A stretch of 64,000 bases of DNA from contig CAJINV010000002.1 in the NCBI GenBank assembly GCA_905178155.1, positions 1,463,809 to 1,527,808 on the forward strand, read 5' to 3'. The translations under genes were made by a program, and so were the position numbers. Positions 37,101 to 47,643 of the stretch are shown here, piece after piece (the first letter of the stretch is position 1; each line of letters opens with the position of its first letter). The notes beneath the pieces were generated by a model. It saw only the letters and a list, made by a program, of their open reading frames with translations. It was not told the origin of the DNA and made no database searches. This stretch comes from Amoebophrya sp. A120. Lineage: Eukaryota > Protista > Dinoflagellata.

Positions 37101-40100
37101 CCTCTTTCGGTAAGAAGAGCTGGACCCTTTTGCTAGTCATGCATGCCAGATCTTGTCATGATGTAGACTTCGCATCACAAATTCGAACTCTTCCAGGAGA
37201 CCCAGACATTTTTGCAATGCATATGTCCGCAATAGAACCCTGTCCGGAGGATTTTTTCGACTCTTTAGACTGGGTGGAAAAACCGGAAGACTTTGTGTTG
37301 TTCAGACTGTTGTTTTTCGAAGACGGATTTGTATTTCCGCCAGAAGTTGTTCCTCCTGCGGTTTTTTTCCTTTTCTTCTCCCGTTTCTTCTCCTGCATGT
37401 CGTCCAAATTTAACACTTCGATCTGACCGTACGGACTAGCGGCGACAACCGATGGTGGGATAATGCTATCCTTCGTCTTCGGCCTACTCGATGCAGTCAA
37501 CGACCTATCTTCGTCTGTCCCGAGACTACCTGCTGTGTTTTTGCTTTGCTCGTTCAACAATAAATCCTCGTTTTCACTGCTGGTTTTGTAAGTCTGCTCG
37601 GCGGAGGAAACGACATCTGGCAAAGGGTAGTTGTACTGCGGAATATCGAAATCTTCCACCGTGTTCTGCGGCGTTCCCATTTTCACGTTGGTTTCTGCAG
37701 GACCAGGCGCACCACTACCGTCCGCCCCCGGGTTACTTGCGGGCGGCGGAACAGATCGGCTGTCGGATCTCCTCTTCGGCCTGGACTGCTCGAAATCCCC
37801 CCGCACGTCCGCTTCCATCTCGTCCAAGGTCGCCGGAGGTTTTTCAGAAATTTTCGCCAATTTCGTGTTCTGCGTTTCTGCCCGTGGTCGGTGGTGGTAG
37901 AGTTTGTTGCCGGAATTATTACTATTTCCATTATTCTGTGGTTGGTAAAACGGCCCCGTCCCCGCATGGTACGTCTGCGCCATCATTTCCTTCTGCTGTT
38001 GTTGCGATTGCGTGGACGTGTTGTTCCCACCCAACTGCTGTTGCTGCGCCAACGCCGTTTTATGAAATGCAAAAATGTCTGGGTCTGGAAGAGTGCAGGA
38101 GTTTGTCATGCAGATTTTACATGACCCATGAGGTCTGGGATGCATGCCCTAGCATCAGAGACTTTGCGAGGGCTTTCTGATGCTAATACCGCATGAGAAA
38201 CGCTCTCTCCGCGTAGCACAAATTACACCTCTTTTGCTCTTCATGCAATACAGATTTTATCTAGATTCCAAAAGTAGCATCACAAGTTGTATCCTTCCAG
38301 ACCCAGACATTTTTGCAATCCATACGTTTGCGACATGAACAAAACTTGCTGCTCCCGGGCTTCCGCGATATGGAAGTGTCAGAATTCAAATCGACAAAGT
38401 TGAAGTAATTTCTCATGCATAAAATTGCAAGGCATGAAGTGACTCTCTTGCAGGGGTGGCAAGTGAGGCCGACTGTCAGCCTGCTTGGGATCTGCGAAAG
38501 AGCTACTAAAGTAGTATGACAAAAGACGGCTTCTGTCCCTAAACAGCATGACAAACTGGCTCTAGACGGTGCCAAAATTTGTCATGCACCGCTTGGAAGT
38601 TGGGCTTCCAACTGGTATCGATTTTATGCATTACAAGTTGTTTAAACTTTGTCGATTTCAATCCTGACACCCCCATACGCGATGTCATCGTAGTAACTCG
38701 CCACCGCGTTGAACTCGCTGGCCATGTTGCCGGAACGGAGGAATTCGGGATTCACGCCGTAGATGTCGATAGACCTTCTTGTGTTCTTCCACGTATCCGA
38801 CTCCCGGAATTCCTGTATCCAAGAAAAAAACTGTGTTAGCGTAAGTCTGTTTGGCTGACAGCATCACAAATTTGCTCTACATGAAAGAGAAAACCTGTCG
38901 TGCATGGATTGCAAGTGAAAACACACATGAAAACAGGACTTCGTGGTTGTCTGGCATGACAAGCGTGACTCTGTTGCAGGTTCTGCATTACAGAGTTACA
39001 CTTACGCGGTTTTTTTCTTGCATATCCTGCCCGTCCTGCGCGGTGGTCGCCGCGGAACTCGCCATGTAGTACCCCGCAGTGGTGTATCAAATGCAAATAT
39101 GTCTGGGTCTGGAAAAGTGCCAGGTTTGTCATGCATATTTTCCATGACCCATGATGTCTGTGATGCATGCCCTAGCATCACAGATTCTGCGAGGGCTTTC
39201 TGATGCTCGTACCGCATGAGAACGTCTCTCTCCGCGTAGCAAAAAGTGGACCTTTTGCTGTTCATGCAATACAGATTTTATGTAGAGTGCAAAGATAGCA
39301 TCACAAGTTGTGTTGACCTTCCAGACCCAGACGTATTTGCAATGAATATGGTGGTCTGCGCGGCGGTGGTGACACCGGACGCGGTCGTGGATGATGGGCC
39401 GGAATGGTTGGTTTGCTTTCTGGTTTTGTTCTTGTTGGACGATTTTTGGTTGTTGTTCGGCTCCGGAAGCGTGTCCATCTGGAGAAATGGGGAGCCGTAC
39501 TTGTTGGTCAGATTGTCGTTTTTCCCGGGGAATAAGCCCGGAACGGCACCGCCGGAAGTCCTGTTTCATTTTCAAGAATTTGGTGATATTTCAAGAACTT
39601 TGTCATACATGCACAAACAACAGCCGAAAACAAGCGCTTTGTCATGCATCAAAAACCACGACGAAAAACAAACCTATACTCCATCACTTTCTCGATCACC
39701 ACCCGTTCATACACCGCCGGCAAATACTTCCGGCTCACAAACATCTGCGCGTCGCGGATCTTCTCTCGGTTTTTGATCGTTTCGGAGTGTTTTTCCGCGA
39801 CTTTTTCCTGTTCCGACGCCAGTGTCTATGAGAGTGCACAACCCCCCTCCCCCTCATTTGTATCGCATGAACAGCAATGCAAACACCACCACACGTGGAG
39901 CTCGTGCATGACAAATTTGTGTGCCTGGTGTAGTACTGTTTGGGCCGCCGGAATTTGTCATGCAAACAGTGCGACAAGGAAGCGACTCGATTTAGGGTTT
40001 TGCATGACAAATGAGGGGGAGGGGGAGTTGTGCACTCTCATAGTGTCGACGGATGGTGGATGGAGATGATTTTCCCCGTTTTGTCACTTATGCCCTTCTC

Positions 40101-43100
40101 CTTATTCTTGTAATTATCCTGTGCAAAAGTATCGCACTCGTAGTAATTGCAGTTATGCATGACAAATCTCTTTCTCAAAGTAAATTAGCATTACAAGTTG
40201 AATTTGTAATGCTGGGCTAATTTGTAATGCAATTTATACTAGTACGATGCTTTTGCATTGCATAGTAATCTTGGGTAAGCAATTTTTTCGCGTTCTCCCG
40301 CTTCATCAGTTTCTGCTTCTGGATAAACACCTCCATGTTTTTATGGTACTCCTCCCCGAGCGCACCCAGATCGTAGCCCAGTTTCACGTGCGTTTTTACC
40401 TTCACTTTCTGCTGTAGGTAGAAGGACGCGATAGAGGAAGAGAGTTGGGTGGAGGAGGAGGTCACGGTTGGGCCATGGGAACTCGTCGAGGGCTGATAAT
40501 TATTTGATAAGGAAATTGTAATTGAATCCTTCGTAAACGCAGTTTTTGCATCACAAAACCATAACCATTGCCATTCTCACATAAAGGAATCGCGCAAGAC
40601 GAACTGAATCTCTGCAAGAAAAAACTGACAATCTACCTCTTTCAACAGCTCGAGCGAAATTTGTTTTTTCCCGATGTCAAATGCTTCCTGCACCCGCATG
40701 GCTTCCGGCACCTCCAGCGGGTCTCCGATCACTTCCAACATTAGTTTCGCGACTTCTGGGTGCATGGACAAACCCTCCGCGGCGCACCGTTTTCTTTCCG
40801 ATTCAATCAACGCAATTATAACCTGCTCAGGTGTTACAATCTCAAACGTTACAATAGAGTCTGGAATTTGTGTTGCAAGAAGTGCATTATCTAGCTTACT
40901 CCCATAGGATTGCGCATGACAAGTTCTGGAGTCCCAATCCGCACAGCAATCTGGCGAAATTTGTATTGCAGAAAGTGGAACGCTGTCCGAGTCTGTCATG
41001 CTCATCATGCAATACAAAACCCAGATTCTATTGTAACGTTTGAGATTGTAACGTTTGAGCGGGTCATAGCAATCACTTCCGTTTTTTTCGTGTCATCCTT
41101 CATCTGCTGGAACTTTTCCTCCTTACTCATCTTCTTTTTCCTCTTGTTGATAATCACCTTCGGCTCCGGAGGCGCGTCTGCTGCGGGTTGTGCCGCTTCC
41201 GGCTCAGGGGACGTGTTCGCACTTGGGTTCGCCCCCGCTTCCTCGGAATTCTCCCGTGGTGGTGGTATTGAAAGAAAAAAGTTCGTCACAGTCACTAATT
41301 TTCATTTTTTGAAAAAAAATCAGGGCAAATTGAAAATTTGACTTGATGGCCGAAAAAGCAACCAGCTTAAAAACTTCAGGCCTCGCGCGGCATGCTGAAG
41401 CCACGGCCTGGCTGCGTTTTGCGTGCCCGGGTTGTCTTAGCTCACTGAAGCTTACCCACTGCGCGGCCCCACAGCCTTTGACAGGGAAGGACACCTACCA
41501 GGAAAGGGGGCAGAGCGCGTGTCTTCGATTACACGGACCTAGCGCGCAAGTGGTCGCGCAGCGCCTCCATGGCCTTCCACTTCTCCCTTGATAAAGCAGG
41601 CCGCCTTCGTTCCGTTGAACATCTAAAAGGCCGCCACAAGGCCGGCCTGCAAAAGTGATTGGGCCTGGTTACATCTGTCCAGACCTCTTTTGGCATTGGG
41701 CAGACCGCCCAAAATTTCAAAAAAGCGGCGACAGCTTTTTTTTTTCAAAAGTTGCCTTTTGAACATTCGTTCGCGCAGTCACTCGGCCTAGTTTTTTTCG
41801 GTCGCTCGAGTTTTTTTTCGACCCCCGCCGAAACGAAAAATTGGCCGAGTGACGAACTTTTTTGGCGAATATGATTTCGCTTTCCCGCACCTAAAATGCC
41901 GCTTTTTGGAAATTGAAGCGCTTCGTCACTCGGAGCTTTTTTCACAAAAAAAGGCTCCGCTTTTTTGTCGTTTTTGTTCTGTTTCAAAACAATTTTTTGA
42001 CCTGTTTTTCTCCGAGTGACTATGGCGCGCAAGAATCAAAATTCCAATTTTCGGCTTCATGCAGTCGGAAAGATTTGCGGTTTTTGCGCATTTGCGTAAG
42101 TTGCTTCTGCCTTTAGGCAAGGTAGTCGACTGCCCTAGTCCGCCCAGTGACATGTGCCGCACTCAGCCCCGTGTTTTGGGTATTTCGTTAGAGGGGCGCG
42201 CGTAAATGCGTTGCCGCTCATCGCTGGCACATATTTTGCAAAAGTTCTTGGCGCAGTAGCTGCGCTAAGAATTTTTTGCGTAGCCAGGAAGGCGTAGGAG
42301 CTCTTGCGGAGGCATGTGTGCTTCAGCGCGTCTGCCCCGGAAATGGCTAGAATTTAGCTCCGTCAAGCCGTCGAGACCACTAGTTCTGCAAAATACAAGG
42401 CCCTTGCAGTCGAAGGGGAAAAGGTCGCGCGTTTCCTCCACATCAGAAGATTTCTTCTTTTTCACCTTTCAATTTTTCGAAAAATGAAAAATTGTGACTG
42501 TGACGAACTTTTTTCTTTCGATAGGTGGGAACGCGGAGGCAATTGGGTTCGCCGCTTCCTCGGAATTCTCCCGTGCTGGTGGGAATATGGAGTGACAAAA
42601 CGCAAAACAGGCCTATTGGAAAGTGGCGAAAAAATTTAATTTTCTTCAATGTGGATTGAGGAAAATTAAATTTTTCGAAATGCGCCACGGGCGTTTGTTG
42701 CATTCTTGGCGCCAAATTGGGAGAGGAAATGGAGCAGAGCGGGGAAGCAAATTAGCACGACGAGTAGACGCCATATGCTTTGCGAACCCGTCCGATTGGG
42801 TGAAAAGTGGCACGAGTGAGGACTTATTTTTTCGCACCCCACCCCGACCGAGCGTGACAATGGCGAATCCACCCCACTGCCCAATCACCCGGCCGGGCGG
42901 CGGTGGATGAGCGATAGGCATTAGTTTGGGACGTCAATAGCTCCAAATCCTTCGCATTAATGCACACGGGGCAAGGCGCGTTGTTTTGCCGCTGTGCTGT
43001 CGCGATGGAATGGGCAGCGGCTCCTTCCGTGACTTTGCTTGGCCAACAAACCGCTTTGGAGGTTCAGCAAACATCAAAGGGAAGTAAGAAAGAACAAGCA

Positions 43101-46100
43101 CCCCAAGCCGAGCGCGTGCGCTTTTCTTCGCCGAGTTACACTGCGAAAAGCCACTCGGACAAGCCACGCAGATGCATTCCGGGCCTCGGAAGGGGCATCC
43201 GAAGAGGCTGGATGGCCACACAGGCGCTCCGAAGTGTCCACAGTGGAGTCCTTTTCAGATCAAAAAACGCGCCATTTTTGAACTTCATAAATGTTCAAAA
43301 AAAGCGCCACTTTTGAATTCAATTGCGCGGGTTGGGTGTTTTCGGCGCGGGTAGGGTGTTTTGGGCCAACCCGCGCCGCGGGTTGGCTGTTTTGGGCCAA
43401 CCCGCGCAATTGAATTCAAAAAAGCCAACTTTTGGGCCTTTTTGAGGAGCAACTTTTTGGGCATTTTTGACGAGAAAAAAAGCCAATTTTTGGGCCGCTT
43501 TGCCGACCATCCAGACACTTTTCGGGGGCAAAACGTGGGCGCAAGGACGCCCTCCACTGCCTTGTCGGAGACCACACACGCCACACCTGCCCCTTCGGGA
43601 AGCCATCGCGAACACTGCAAACGCAACGGCACAACCGAGTGGCGTCCCCGAATACCGCGTCGCTCGGTGGCGAAGTGCCTTCTAGTGTGCCCCTCCCATG
43701 CGGAAGGTTGGCGAGATTGCCTCGCGTGGCCAGTCCGGCGCTCACGACGTCTCACGGGGCGCCAACCTACAAGAGACCCGACGCGACGGCCAAGTCAAAA
43801 GTGAGCGAAAACCGATTGCGCTCGAAAGCAATTCAAGAATCCCCGCGCGCAGCAGTTGCTTGAGTGTAGTTCTTTGCATCGCATAGACAGCCGAAACACG
43901 CGGAAAAGGTTGCCGCTTTTTGCGCGCATTGCGTCCTTTCATTTGAATCGCTGCCCCCATTTATTGGCTGGCAATCCTGCTGACTCTTCAACTACAGACA
44001 CACGTTTTTAGGTGCGCCGTTACTCAAAATTGGGAGGCCGATTTTCAGAAATTTTAAAAAAATCAATCGGCATTGAGAAAATATCAATTTTAGGGTTCGC
44101 CGCTTCGTCGGAATTCTCCCGTGCTGGTGGGAACGCGGAGGCAATAGGGATTGGCGGAACGGTCGGTGCACCAGATTCGGGTGCTGTAGCCGGGGCGGGG
44201 GGTTCTGTATTGAAATTTAAAGGCTAAGCTCAATGAAAAGTTGCGATTTGATGCCATGCAGGTGATCCAAGAAAATCTCATTTTGTCAAATGCGCAAATT
44301 CCTATCTATCATCTTACCTGCTGCCTCCACTGGTTCATCTTCCGGTGGTGCCAACAAAGCCGCTTCCTCCACAATCGCATTTTCTGTCGCTTTATCGACC
44401 ACCTCCTCCGCCACCTCCGCACTTAAATCCGGCTTAAAATTTTCATCCCCCTCTACTTCCTCTTCAACTACCTCCTCCTCCTCTTCAATCACCCCGCCAA
44501 TCCGCGCTTTTTTCGGTTTAGTCAATTCCTTTTCCGTGTCGGTTGGTTTTGTCCTCTCCACTGATAACCCGAAAACTTCTTCAGCCGAGTCCCGGATCAC
44601 GTCCTTCACAATCAGCTCCGACTGCATCTGTTCCGTCCAAGATTCCTCCGCGGAAGACGCTGCGGAGCTGGAAATCGCACCGGCCGGCTCTTCAACCTCT
44701 TCTGCGGGAAGATGATCTTCGTTGCTGGTAGAAAGAGAAAAAAGAAAAAAGAAAAAAAAAAAAGAAAAAAAAAAACAAACAGATAAAAAAACAGCAAAAA
44801 AAAAAAACTATAACAAAAAAAAAAAACTTAAAAAAATAATAAAGTGAAAAAAAAAACATGAAAAATAAAAAAAACAACATATAAATGACAAAAAAAAAAA
44901 CTAAGAAAAGATAAAAATAAAACAAAAATATAAATATAAAAAAATTTTCCAAAAAAAAAGAACAAAAAAAACATAAAAAAAAACCGCATATGAAAAAAAA
45001 TATTAAAAAAAAAAGAAAAAAAAAAATTTAGCAAAATTAAACAAAAAAATACATATTAAAAAAAAAAAAAAAAATCAAAAAAAAAAAAGACAAAAACTAA
45101 AAAAAAAAAAATAAAACAAAATTATAAAAAATAAATCAAAAATATAAAAAAAAAAAAAAAAAAAAAGACATCAAAACAGAAAAAAAAAAAAAAAATAAAA
45201 CAAAAAAAAAAAGAAAGAAAAGAAAAAAAAAAAAAATATCATAAAAAGATAAAAAATGAAAAAAAACACAAAAAAAATATTAAAAAAAAAAAAAAACAAA
45301 AAAAAAAAAATTTAAAAAAAATATTTACACTACAAAAAAAAAAAAAAAATAGACCGCATTTTAAACAAACAACAACTAAAATTCAGACAAATTCACTAAA
45401 AAACACAAAAAAAAGCAGAAAAAAAAAAAAATAAAAGAAAAAAAAAAAAAGTAAAAAAAAAAATAAATAAAAAAAAAAGAAAGAAAAAAAAGAACACGCA
45501 ACAAAAAAATAGAAAAGCAAACACAATGCAAAAACAAAAAAAAAAAAAAAAAAAATAAAAAAAAAAAAAAATAAATAAAAAAAAAGAAAAAAAAAAAAAG
45601 AAATAAAAGAAAAAAAAATATCAAATACAAAAAAAGAACAAAAAAAACCAAAAAAAGACAAAAATGCAAAAAAAAAAAAATAAATAAAAAATAAAGAAAA
45701 AAAAAAAAAAAAGAAATAAAAAAAAAAAAAAATAAAAAAATCAAGAACAAGAAAAATAAAAATAAATAAAAAAAATCAAGAAAAAAAAATAAAAATGAAA
45801 AAAACAAAAACCAAGAACAAAAATAAAAAAACAAAAAAAAAAGAAGAAAATAAAAAAAAAAAGAAAAAACATAAAAAAAAAAAAAAAAAACATGCAAAAA
45901 CAAAAATTGTAGAAAAAAAATAAAAAAAAAAACAAAAACAAAAAAAAAAAAAAAAAAAAAAAATAAAAAAAAATAAAAAAAAAGCAAAAAAAAAATAAAA
46001 AAAGATAAATAAAAAAAAGAAAATAAGATAAAAAAAAAAGAAAAAAAAAAAAATAAAAATATATAAAAAAATTAATATGTAAAAAAAAAAAAAAAAAAAA

Positions 46101-46764
46101 AGAAAAATAAAAAACAAAAATTAAAATAAATCAAAAAAAAATATAAACAACAAACAAAAAACAATAAAAATAATACAAATAAAAAAACTCAAAAAAAAAA
46201 AAAAAGAAAAAAACAAAAGAAAAAAGAACAAAAAAGAAAAACAAAGAAAAAACTAGAGAAATAAACCAAAACAAAAAAAAATAGGAATTAAAAGAAAAAA
46301 AAACGAAAAAGGAAAAAGAAAAAAAAATAATAAAGATAACGAAAAGGAAAAAGAAAAAAAAAATAAAAAAATAAAACAAGAAAAAATAAAAATGAAAAAG
46401 CGAAAAATAAAAGAAAAAAAAAAAAACTAACACAAAAAATAAAGTAGAAAAAGCAGCTATTAAAGCCAGATCATAAAAGAAAAAAAATGCAGCACAAAAA
46501 AAATAAAACAAAAAAGGACTTAAAAAAAAAACAAAAAAAAAAAAAAAAAAGAAAAACAAAAAAATAAAAAATAAAAAAAAGAAAAAAATAAAAAAATACT
46601 AAACAAAAAAAGACATATGCACCAAAAAAAAAAAAAAATAAACAAAATAAAAAAAAAAGAGAAGGTAAATATTAAAAAAAGCAAGAAAAAAGAAAAAACA
46701 AAAAGCAAAAAAAAAAAAAAAAAAAAACAAACAAGCAAAAAAAAAAAAAGAAAAAAAAAAAAAA

Positions 46765-46806
<42 letters not shown>

Positions 46807-47610
46807 GAAATAAAAAAAAAAACAGAAAAAAAAATCAAAAAAGAAAAAAAAAGTATAAAAATAGAAAATGACGAAAAAAAAGAAAAAAAAAAGAAAAAAA
46901 TAAAGAACAATCAACATAACAAATTAAAAAAAAAAAAATTAATATAAAAAAAAAAGATTAAAAAAAAATAAACAAAAAAAAAACTAGAAAAAAAGATAAA
47001 AACAATAAAAAAAAATAAACAGAAACAAAAAAAAGAAGATAAAAAAAAAAAGAATTAAATCAGAAAAACAAAAAAAAAAAAAATAAAAACAAGAAAAAAA
47101 AAAAAAAAAAAAAAAAAAACCAATATAAAAACAACAAATAATAAAACAACACAAAAAAAAAAAATAAAAAAAAATAAGAAAGAAAAAAAAAATAAAAAGA
47201 AAAAAGAAAAATAAAAAAAAGGAAAAATAAATATAAATATTAAAAAAATAATAATAAAAAAAAAAAAAAAACAAAGTAGCATAAGATATAAAAAAAAAAA
47301 TTAACAAATAAAAAAAAAAAAAAAGAAAAAAATAAAAAAATAAAAAAAAGAAGTAAAACAAAACTAAAAAAGAATATAATAAATATAAAAAAGAAAAAAA
47401 TAATAGAAAAAAAAAAAAAAAAACAAAAAAAAAAGAAAAACAAAGAAAACCAAAAAAAAAAACAGAATGAAAAAAAAACGAAAACAAAAAAAAAAAAAAA
47501 AAAAAAAAAAGAAATAAAAAAATAATAAAAGTAAAAGTTAAAAAATAAAAAAAAAAAAAAAACAAACACAAAACAAACAAAAAAAAAAAACAAAATATAA
47601 AAAAAACAAG

Positions 47611-47643
<33 letters not shown>

